Part shown: positions 1 through 10,542 of the stretch, in pieces
How positions within the stretch are numbered: position 1 is the first letter of the stretch
How the letters are laid out: every line of letters starts with the position of its first letter
Assembly (NCBI GenBank): GCA_030704615.1
Contig: CM060731.1
Location: forward strand, 15,438,001-15,502,000
Reading direction: 5' to 3'
Origin: Takakia lepidozioides
Lineage: Eukaryota; Plantae; Bryophyta
Length of the DNA: 64,000 nt
Notes under the pieces: generated by a model
Told to the model about the DNA's origin: nothing
Database searches by the model: none
The model's input: the letters and a program-made list of their open reading frames with translations, nothing else
Made by a program: the position numbers and the translations under genes

Positions 1-659
1 AGGGGCAGGCTTGGGGCCAGGCTCAGTAGCTTTGGGGGTAACTTTGGCAGCCTTGGGCACATCTTTGGGCACTTTATCATGCTTTTTCTCCTGTTGATAC
101 AATGCGGGAATGATCTTCTGCCCAGGTGGAGGTGGCGGTCCCAGAGGCTTATCAGTTTGCTTAGCCTCGCCAATAACCTTCTTGAATTGTGGCTGGTTCA
201 CAAGGGTCCAAAAGTATCTTTCCAAGTGTGGATAGTCTGAAGTGAATTCCTTCGTCATTGCAAGAGCAAATACGGAAATGAGATTGCACACAAGGATAAT
301 ATCTGCAAGTGTCACTGAATGGCCAACCAGATAGGTCCGACTCAAAAGTACAGTGTCAAGTGTTGCAAGAGCCTTCTTGAAGTTTGTGAGGACATATTCC
401 TCTGTCTGTGGAATGTAGTCAACCCCCACCACCAAGTTAGTCCCTGCCTCCAGCACTACCATCATTTACGACACCCCAGTCCTCTCCACAAAGGAGATAA
501 CAAAAGACAAAAGGAAATGGGGGGACATTCACCTCTTCATTGAAGGGAGCAAAACCAAAATGAGGGGTTACCCATCTCGCGGCATTACTGTCAACCTCAA
601 AGCTTGCAAAGTCAATCCATTGCTCAACCTGTGCCTGCAACCCCATGCCATACCATCAA

Positions 660-703
<44 letters not shown>

Positions 704-3700
704 GAACGCGGCTGAAGTTCTTTGTAACAACACTCAAGAATTGACTGACCCCTCTGGCTTTCTCTCTATCCTGGCTAACTCCCACTCTTGGATTACTTGA
801 TCCTGCTTTGTATGGCAACACAGAGAGTTGACACAATGAATAACATGGACTTCACGAAGCTCTACTCTGAATCTAGGAATACTTTTGCAAACCAAGGGCT
901 TCTAGGTGTCCCCTTGCTTGAGTACTTGGTCTAGTAACACCTTCCTTTTGGGAATGAGTGCTTACTGTCCTGCGACCACCCACCCTTCCCTGTGGAGCAT
1001 GGGCTGAAATAGGTACTGCTTAGTTGAGTACCTATTGCTGACTGAAATGGCTGGAAGGACCTCCCTCCTCTCTTTGCTAGTATGACCTGCTACAAGGATG
1101 ACGTTGGCTGTGATGGATCCAGGTGAGGACACTTCAAAAGAATAGGAAACGCTACTGATGCCAAAAGACTAAGGGAGTGAGGCTTGGAGCTCTCTCAAAC
1201 CTCAAATCTGTTTGTATGCGTTGATTGTGCAACATACTGCTGCTCTTTAACTATGGGATTGAGGGATCTATGACCTTGTACCTACATGGAAGGAGTTAGG
1301 GAGACATCCCCACTTCTACTGTTGCTTCCTAAGATATGGAAGTGAGGAGGCAGATCCGTTTTTGAGAAGGGCCTACCTAGCGTGCATCTGATTCCCACTT
1401 GGAACACCTCAAAACTGATTTTCCAGTAAGGATTTGTAAAGGCAGGTATGGAGGCAGATCTGGATTGAGACAGTTTGCATGACAGTTTGTTGTTTGTTGT
1501 TATGAAATCACTAAGCTCACCCTCCCATCCTTGTGGTTAAGGTGGCAATGTCAATGGTTGCCAAGTAGGCACCAACAGCTCCAATGTGGTGAGTACATAT
1601 AATCCCCCTCCCTCTTAAGTAAAGTTGCATGTCTTATAAATCTGTTGTTTTGACTACTTTTTCAAGAAGTCAGAAATCTCAAGCCACTCTCTGATGGTGC
1701 CTGAAAAGGCAGTATGGTGATATGCTGTGACTCTCCATGTGTTTTTACGTGATATTACAGTTTGATCACGAACTGTCTTATCTCTCTCTAGCTAAAGACG
1801 TGGCTCATTGGGCTCTAACTTTTGCGCTGCTCACACACAGCAGATTAATGCTTGTGTGAAGGGCTTTCTAGAGGATATCTGGGAAGCCTGAACTAATTGT
1901 TTATACTAAGGTAAGTCACACTGGACTGAGCCCCTCACAGAGGAAGCCATGTTCCCTTGTTTCCGTCCAACTGGGCTCGGGGTCTATGGCCACAAGGCTA
2001 TGGGGGAAAAAGTCTACATTCTCTCTCTCTAGCTTTACTTGGTGGTGGCTATGTTCTTGGTAACACTGCAAGAATAGCCCTAATCCCATTTTTCTGTTGG
2101 GAGTTCTTTGCCTAGAACATGGGTTAGGGTTTCCTAGGTCCTAACCTAAAGCAGCCATCAAAGAGAGGCTGCCCCATGTGCCTAGAAGCCCTGGCTCTTT
2201 GCTTCTCATTTGGTAGACGAGCAAGCAAGAACTAAAGGAGCACTCACCCTACTGTTGAACTATGATCCCGGGCAAGGTCTATGTCTGCTTGTTTGAGTAC
2301 TTGCCTCTGGTCAAACCTTCCTTTGGGGAATGGGTGCCATCTTTATGATGACTCCCACCGTCCCACCGACTTAGTATGCTATCTTTCTGTATGTTTTACA
2401 ATCCTGAACGTCTCCTAACTGAAGTGGACATGGATCCACAAGGATCACTAACCTATTGGTTTGTTGGTTGGCTGGGATGGATCCAGGTGATGCGGCTTCA
2501 CTTGCTTTCGAGAGTAGACATAAACGGATTGTGAAAAGGAAAGAAAGGGCATAAGGGAAGCCTTCCTGCTGCCTTACAATTGGTGTGGAATGGTGTTGAG
2601 AGAATATGTGGTTCCACTATTCTCAAATTTTCAATGGACAGTAGGAAGATGGTAGGATCTGATCACCCATGGCTCTCTCTCTCTCTCTCTCTCAGTGGGC
2701 ACAAGACTACAGCAAACAACATCTCATAATGCATTCTGTCTCATCTCTCTTTTCTCTGCCATAAAATCTAGGTCTTGAGAGGAATTACTACCATTTCAAT
2801 GGGTGAAGAGCCAAACAGGCCTGTGTCCTTGAGCCTCGCCACTGCATCCCATAACAACACACTAATTACTACAAAAATACAGCAATCATCACTCAAAGCT
2901 CTCGAGCAACACAAATGACAAGGGGGCACCATTTGCCCGAGAGACCTACCAAAATAGCACGAGTAAATCTTAAAATCTAGTAACCACTGAATTGACCCAA
3001 TTATCCACTTCTTCAAAGAAGAAACTAAATGCAAAAACACAGGCTTATATACCATAACGAGCGATAGCATTGCTCTCAAAGACTGAACCCTCTGGAGTCT
3101 CCAAGGTTGGAACCTGCTCACAGGAGAGATCAACACATCAGAGATAGTGTCCCTCCCAATCTCCATTTCTTGCTCAATTGATCATAAGCCCGAAACACAA
3201 GCACTGTCAATTCGTGAGCTGCCCCTTTCCCATGAACGCTGGCAATGTAACCAGAGCCAGTCTGTTTCCCGCTACAGGGCTAGAGCAACTGAGCTAAAAT
3301 CAACCATGTGCTTTCCAGATTCATGTTAACGTAAACGCGTAGTCAACTCCTTGAAGACTGATTGTCACGACTCCCAGAGCGCTCCGCCAATTTCAAAATG
3401 ACGTAGTTGACGTACTTTGAAAAGCTTCCCCAGGAAACAACAGTGGACTGACACACGTCTCATGGAGGTTAGTACCTTGGCGAGTTTGCCCTTAGCTTAC
3501 CTTTCCGATGGGATTGAGCTTCAAGAATTCGGGGGTCTTGTTGGACACTCCCATCTCGAAATCAGGTGTCGTCTCGATCTTCACCCCTACATACTCCGCC
3601 GCTATCAACGCCTTGTAGGCATTCTTGTTGCTTCTGGTAGCATGAAGCACCTGCCATCCAAGCCATGCATCAACACACCATTTTTTAGGGTTCCTCGCCC

Positions 3701-3891
3701 CTCCTATTTCTCCACAGACAGACATTTTAAGTCCACCTTAATACATGCCACATGAGCATGGGTCTCAGAAAACGCCAGCCAGCTCCAAATCCAAGGAAAA
3801 GGAAAAGATTAAAACCCCCGTTCGTGAACCACATTTCAAAGCTTGCATCCAACATCGACAACGCTAGGAAGCGGGTACTTACGTAAGCCAT
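1..3891 (-). CDS. EF1Bgamma: Translation elongation factor eEF1B-gamma (GST-like N-terminus); 3' part continues beyond the window start
   Basis: GT-AG exons at 3883-3891 (MAY), 3501-3650 (VLHATRSNKNAYKALIAAEYVGV...EFLKLNPIGK), 3053-3113 (VPTLETPEGSVFESNAIARY), 2792-2841, 533-634 (AQVEQWIDFASFEVD) and <1-405 (RTYLVGHSVTLADII...YPHLERYFWTLVNQPQFKKVIGE). All splice in frame and match the eEF1B-gamma motif series. Confidence 0.95.
661..698. repeat. (CT)n microsatellite; others at about 2673-2694 and 33199-33237, (ATCC)n at about 45518-45546, (TA)n at 56792-56812
   Basis: Read directly from the sequence. Confidence 0.95.
1794..2021 (+). mobile_element. Truncated 3'-end copy of the RTE/RTEX-like LINE in an eEF1B-gamma intron
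   Basis: cacacacagcagattaatgcttgtgtgaagggctttctagaggatatctg and ggccacaaggcta match the reverse complement of 62130-62340. The copy is flanked by the direct repeat TCTCTCTCTAGCT (1781-1793 and 2022-2034). Confidence 0.85.
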
Positions 3892-3968
3892 GGCGGATGC
3901 AAGCTCAGTGCAGCGGCTGTGCTCCGTCGAGGAGGTGAAAAAATGCTCCAGTCCAGAGCCGGCCACAA

Positions 3969-3977
3969 TTAGGGTTT
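3969..3977 (-). promoter_or_regulatory. Telo-box (AAACCCTAA) upstream of eEF1B-gamma
   Basis: ttagggttt at 3969-3977, about 80 bp upstream of the ATG, plus aaccctaat at 4084-4092. Telo-boxes are typical of plant translation-machinery genes. Confidence 0.55.
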
Positions 3978-4203
3978 TAAATCCATCGTTCTGGATGAAA
4001 ACCATCTATTTAGGGATCCAGCAAGTTTGTGCATTACGGATGAACCATTGTCCGAGGAAGAATCTTTTAGATGTCCGATGTAGAACCCTAATCCCAGTGT
4101 GATTGATGAGGCGTCTGTGATGTTTGATCTACGGTTCCTCGATCCATATGTATCAGGAGATTCGGGAGGCCAGGAATCGTTCTGTACGAGATCTTTCCCT
4201 CCA

Positions 4204-4386
4204 CTCCATGTCATTGAGTCCTTCGGAATTTCGGGTACCTCTGGAGTTGCAACAACTGGACAGGCCTCTTACGATATACTCTGGGAAATGGTGAACGGCA
4301 ATCCAGCAGGAAGACTGGTCCAGGGCCTCGAGGACCAGATGACTCCCCTGTCGGAGTACGAAGACAGGCACGAATACAGGCTATAA
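4204..4386 (+). pseudogene. Isolated C-terminal fragment of elongation factor eEF2
   Basis: Translates LHVIESFGISGTSGVATTGQAS..WEMVNGNP..GLEDQMTPLSEYEDR..L*, matching the eEF2 tail [43 protein letters not shown] with internal deletions. Confidence 0.8.
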
Positions 4387-5389
4387 TTTTGTTTCAGTGT
4401 TCGGTGTTGACCGCATTAATCCCATAATGCCGGTACATCTCCTCAAGAAGTTTTTGGAATCTTGTCTATGTCTTTGTCTTGGGTGGTTTTGCTGTTACGC
4501 ATCAGCCCAAAATTGGGATGGATACAATTCTCGGCAGAGCCACCTATGGTAGAATGGCTCCATTTGTTATGTAGCAGGTTGAGATTGAGCTTTGGCTAGG
4601 TCCCTCAACATTGTCAGGATTCTTGGACGTCAATTATAATGCATTCTATTTTTGGAGTTGTGAAAATGTTTCAATCATGCTTTTCTTCTGGACGATTGTG
4701 GGAGAGAAAATCTTAAAAATTTCACCGGAGCATGCTATTATGGCTGGAATTATGGTTGAAACTGAGTTCAGCCTCGGAGTAAGACAATTTTTTCAAGAGT
4801 CAGGGGCGCCCCGGCCTGGGCATTGTCTCTCTCTATTTGATTGTGTCCTTTGTCAGCAGGGGTTTCATGTCCAGACTGTATGGAGCCTTCCTCGGACACC
4901 CACTTCTCAGCTATTCGCCACGACCACTCTCCATAGCAACAGTATCATTGGAGACATTGCGCTGAACCATTCACGTATAATTTAAAACTATTCCTGTTTC
5001 CTTCCCGTAGGTCACCATGTCAATCAACTATGTATTATTCTGTATATAGATCATCAGGTCTGATAGTGGTGTTCTTCTCACAGTTAAATAAGGTATTGTC
5101 ATCTGTGTAAGGGTCGAAAAGGGCTTGCCTGTACTGTCTTGTGCCACCTTTGGAAGATCATTTGACCGAAGTATCTGAAAATATTATGGGGCATTCAAAG
5201 TAGAACCTTGCAGATTATCCCCAAAGCTGCAAAACTTGATGCTCACAATCTACTGAAGCACATATCTTGATCATTCTGTGAAGGCATGGCACCAGTTGAG
5301 AAGAATTTCTGCAAACTTTGTCATAAAATTTTCTCTTTCATCAACTAGCTTCTCTTTACTTTCACAGGCACATTGACACTAGATGCTCA

Positions 5390-8300
5390 ATGGCGTGCCA
5401 GCTGACAGGTGGTTGGATGGGAAATTTATGAAGGTGCTGAATGACGGTTCTATCACTGCACAGGGTTGGCAAGGGTTGTATTGAAGAAGGGGAAGGTGCA
5501 GCTGTTTCGTGACGGCAATCCCATGGTCTACAGTGGGGCAGTGGATCGCGTGGTAGGCAGGCCTCGTCCACAATCGGGGGATCCCGTGATTGTCACAGAT
5601 GGTGCTGAGCAGCCAATTGCTTGGGGAGTCTACAACTCAGTTTCCATGTTTTGTGTGCGCATTATGCAAATGGAGGATGAAGCTCGCAGGTATGATCATT
5701 GCTGTATCTGTGGGTGGATTCCCTAATAGGCATAACCAGGATGTCCTCCATGATACTAGTGTAAGGAAGGATTTTGTTTATAGCTTGACAGTAGTCGCCT
5801 ATCAGCTTTTCCCTTGACTGCTGTGAGATGCCATGTTACATACTACCACTAGAATATTTGTTGACAAATATGACACTAAGTTGAGAGGTACAACCTGCAA
5901 TTGTTGCTTGAGATGTCTGCATCAAGATTAAATTCTTCTGAAATGCTATGGGTTTGCAGTCCTGAGTTTGCAACTATCCGCAAGCCCTGTAGAAGATGGG
6001 GTTGGTGGCTGAGCAAATTCACAGAACAAGATCAGTGGTTTTTATCAGCTTTCATTTCTCTACTGTGAGATGCTGAGTTAAATAGAGCCACTACATTCGA
6101 TTTGTTCATAACTACCACCCTTGTGAAAGGTGTGATTGTCTAGTTTGGACTCACCACCATGGATGGGTATCCCCAGTGAATTCCATTCTCATGTTTCAAC
6201 TATTGGCAAGTCTTGTGGAAGATGGGGCTGGTGGCTGAACAAACTAAGACCATATGTTGTGGTCGCTTGTCACCTGTCTTCTCTCAAAAATTGTTGAGAT
6301 GCCCAACTTAAATACTGCCGCTGCACTCTTATTTGTCGACTGACACCACACTCAATTGATGGGGTACAACTTCCAGTGTCCTATGAAGCTTTGTCGCTTT
6401 GCAATAATTGAGAGCTTTGAATTGTGATCAATTTCCAGTTTGACAATCCACTACTGCCACTACACCCTATTTGTCCACCAACACCACACCATGTTGATGA
6501 GGTAGACGTCCAATCTACCATGAAGCTTTGTTGATTTCTATGCCTGCAGACCTTTTGAATTGTGACCAATTTCCAGTCCTGAGTTTGCAACTATCCACAA
6601 GCCCTGGGGAAGATGAGGCTGGTGGCTGAACAAACTCACAGAACAAGATCCATGGTTTTTATCAGCTTTCTTTGCTCTGACCATGAGATGCTGAGTTAAA
6701 AACAGCTACTACATGTCGTTTGTTCAGATGCACCTTTGGTTGATGAGTTGCTCCTAGCTTCTTTCACCCCAGTGGATTCTCCACTGAATTTATACACTTG
6801 CTAGATGACTCTAACGTCAGGTTTCAGTTTGCATCCGTAAGCCTTGGGAAAGATGGAGCTGTGGCTGAACCAACTCAGAGCATAATTGATGGTTGATTAT
6901 TACCTTCCTTTTCTTGTCACCTGCGAGATGCCGAGTTAATTAGAACTTCAATGCAGGCACTTCAGTGTTGATTGCCAGTCCTGAGTTGCAACTGTCCCCA
7001 AGCACTGTGAAGATGAGGTTGGTAGTTGAATAAACTGAGAACAAGATCAGTGGTTTTCATCAGCTTTGTTTTCTTGATTATGAGATGTAGGGTTAAATAC
7101 AAATACATGTTAATGTTCCCTTTGCTCCCTTTCAACTAGACACTGGGTTTATAGCCGAACGACCATTCAAATCAAAATTATTTGGTCATAACCACCACCC
7201 TTCCAGATTTTTAATATTTAATGCGCTACACGACCATTGAGTATTCACCCCTGAAATCCAATCAAAGGAGCATCAGAGCTCTTGGCATGTTCTGGAGCCT
7301 CTTGAACTGAGCAAAGGATGTGCCAGGTCTTTTTCATGCTTTAAAGAGAGTACCCATTACAATGTATGAGAAACATTTTCTATGGCCGCCGTCACATATG
7401 GAATTCTGTTTTCCCAGCTTATTCTGCATTCCAAAACGAGCTCGGCATCTAGCTTCAAACTGCTTATGCAAAGAAGTTATTGTGTGTGCTTCTCAGGGAT
7501 CCTGAGAGTGTGCTGAATATTGAGAGGCTGGTGGAATCAAGAATCACCGCGGCCATGGAGCTAAGGAGGCATTTGGGTCTTCCATCAGACACTACAAATG
7601 TTTACCGTCTGGTGAATAGTGAAGGCGATAGGCATGTATGCACACTCTGCCTGACCTTGACCTCTCTCAGATGTGACTAAGTGACTGTCGTGAGAGAGAC
7701 TGGCATCTCCTGGTTTCTTATTTTTGCCACTGAACTATGTTGGCTTGTAGACCGCTATCTTAAAGATGCCCCCTGCAAGCACCACATGGATATCCTCCAT
7801 CACCTTCCTGAATTCCTTCATATGGTGGCAGTTCCTTTGTTAGTGGCGGCATGGTAGACGCCGTATCCGGCCCGGGAGCCGGAGCGGGAGCCGGAGCGGG
7901 AGCCATCTGTGAAACTCGATGGGTCAGAATATACTTTTTAGAATTTTGTTTGGATTGATGGAAGAGGATCTTGACCACAGATAACGTGTTGCTTTACCAA
8001 TCTTATGAGTAATTCAATGATCTCGGGTGCTCTGGATACTGGGATACCAGATTGTCGGGGCTGATTGTGGATGTCTTGGGAAGTCATATTGTCGTGTCGT
8101 CATCAGCAGCGTGGACGGAGAAGCACAGGATTTTGATCGAGAGGGCCATCACAAAGATTACCAGTATTTCAAACATCACTTGGAGACCTGCACTTGAGAT
8201 TTTGAAAGAGGAGGGTCTGCAGGTTGAACTTGCTTGTGATCCACCATCCTTTGAAGAATCCAAGGTTAGATTCACATGTCCAAGTCTTTCCAGCAGAAAG

Positions 8301-9792
8301 TGTCCACGTTGACTACGAGTCCCAAATATGTTAACACTGCTGAAATTAGAGGGGATGGATTTTTGGGCAGCAGCCATCATGTATTCCTTGGGAGTGGAGA
8401 GGTAGGTGAGACACAAGTATTGCAACAAAGTTTTATTGATTATAGGGTGGGGTTGCAGGTGGTTGAGAATGGAATACACTATAAGGCATCATTAGGAGGC
8501 CAAAAGACAGGCTTCTATGCTGATCAGCGAGACAGCCGATATTTATTTCGATCCCTGTGTCACAAGTCAAGCGTGTTGGATCTGTGCTGTTATAGTGGAG
8601 GATTTGCATTAAATGCTGCTGTTGGAGGTGCCTGTCATGTTACTGGTGAGTTGTCTTAAGTATAGATAACCCTCTTGCTAGGTTTGGTACGCTGTAGGTA
8701 TGACCTCAGAGTGCATCCTGATTTTCACCAAATATGTCTGCTTATTGTGAACATTCCTCTTTGTGAATCTTGTTTCTTTTCAACAGCTGTTCCCACAGAA
8801 ATGAGCCATGTTATTTACAGTAGTGAATGGGGTGTTGAGGCTGCTGATAGTACATGTGGCAGGGGTGGATTCGTCGATGCATGCCTTGGAACTTGCCAAG
8901 GCAAATGCAGTGTTGAACCAGATTGACGGGAGGTCCATCAGCTTTGTCAAGGCAGATGTCAGCGAGTACATGAAATTGGCACTTTCCGAGGGGAAGTCAT
9001 GGGATGTTGTGATCCTCGACCCGCCCAAATTAGCCCCCAGTCGCAAGGTAGATCCCTCACATGGGCGCACATGTCTCTCTATATCTCTTTCAACACACAA
9101 ACTCCACTTACGAGTGGTTTCGAAGCTTCATTAGTGTGGCATATAATGAGACATAGACCGAGCATTTGCAAATATCTACATAATGTTAATTCTAGTTCTT
9201 TTGTGACTTCAATCTTATCTGACTGCACACTGGTGCGATTGCTACCTATCTAAATTTCACAAGTTCCACCTGGTGTTCAAGATCCACTTGGACATGATTG
9301 ATAATCTGTTTGGGCATTTGATGGATTGGCAGGTTCTCCACCGGGCAGCTACCCGGTATCGAAATCTAAACGCAATGGTGATGCGTTTAACAAAACGGGG
9401 AGGCCTTCTTATGACCTGTTCATGCTCAGGGGCTATGACTCAGAGTGGGACTTTCCTCTCAGTTCTCCAGGTTTTGCACCCCCTCTGCCTCCACTCCTCC
9501 ACTATTATTATTGCACAATTCATAACCATCACAGGACCATTCTGTCAGGGTACTGTGCCAGGGAATGCTCTATGAGAATCTCTGCTCTTCTTAAGAGTGT
9601 CTGAAGATGTTCAATGTTTCGTATACGCGCTTGTGACATACTCTCCATGTTTGGTGATTGCAGGAGGCAGCTGCCTCAGCTGACAGACGAATAACACAGC
9701 TGCGCTATGCAGGAGCTGCACCTGATCATACTCTCGATCCAGCATATCCAGAGGGTGCCTATCTTAGTAATGTTTTATTGCGTGTACTTTAA
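5390..9792 (+). CDS. RlmI-like (PUA + class I SAM) rRNA large-subunit methyltransferase; start uncertain, upstream exons possible
   Basis: Exons about 5390-5408, 5464-5689 ([26 protein letters not shown]), 7497-7631 ([11 protein letters not shown]), 8051-8264 (LSGLIVDV), 8459-8645 ([22 protein letters not shown]), 8863-9047 ([12 protein letters not shown]), 9333-9470 (LMTCSCS) and 9664-9792 ([17 protein letters not shown]). Confidence 0.9.
5800..7110. repeat. Degenerate tandem array (about 6 units of 200-300 bp) in an RlmI-like intron
   Basis: The block cagtcctgagtttgcaactatcc..aagccct..gaagatg..ggtggctgaacaaactcacagaacaagatc..ttatcagcttt..gagatgctgagttaa recurs near 5957, 6574 and 6976, with partial copies near 5802, 6190 and 6820. 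Confidence 0.8.
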
Positions 9793-10542
9793 CCCTTCTG
9801 ATTCCTTACAAAGCATTAAATGAAGTCTTTTGTGTCTGTCACATTAGTGCCGGCATTTCGTGAAGTCCCAGGCTTGAGCTGAAGAGGTTGGCATGCCTTG
9901 ATGTATTTTTGTCCTTGGAAATCGTTTTTCAAAAACAAAATGTAAGTGTTGCCCATCAACTTCAATTGGAAGGTCAAAGTCCAGTGACACAATTCAGTAA
10001 GGAGATGTCGAAAGAGAGGTAAGAGAGGTAACTACGATCTCAAAGGCTCCAAAGTCAATCCACTGCTTAAAATGTGCCTGCGACCCCATCTCTTGGTCTT
10101 TTGCTATACTGACCTATCTCAAAGAACACCTCCTTAATTTTGAACAGCTTTCCTGTCTTGATCGTGAGATGCTGAGTATATTCAGCCACTACATATGGAT
10201 TGTCCAAACAAGTTGCTCCTAGCTTCTACTCCCAAAGTGGATCTCCAACTGAATCTAGCACTAGTTGGATTACGGTTTCCATTTGCAGAAGGCATCTGCC
10301 TCAGCTGACAGACAAATAACACAGCTGCAGTATGCAGGAGCTGCAACTTGCTGATTCTTCAGAAAGCATTCAATGACTACAGCAGCGGAGATAAAAAAAG
10401 GTGAGGAGATGGACTACCCATGTAATTGTTTGAGGGAAACCACAATTCCAAGGACTTCACATGCAGCCTACACCAGATGGCTATAGTCTTCCCACCATGT
10501 GACCTGAACAACCAGTAACCTCTTCCACACACTAAAAATATA

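Noticed and set aside
5390-9792. Bacterial horizontal transfer of rlmI
   Set aside because: The gene has multiple spliceosomal introns, and RlmI-like genes are standard in plants.
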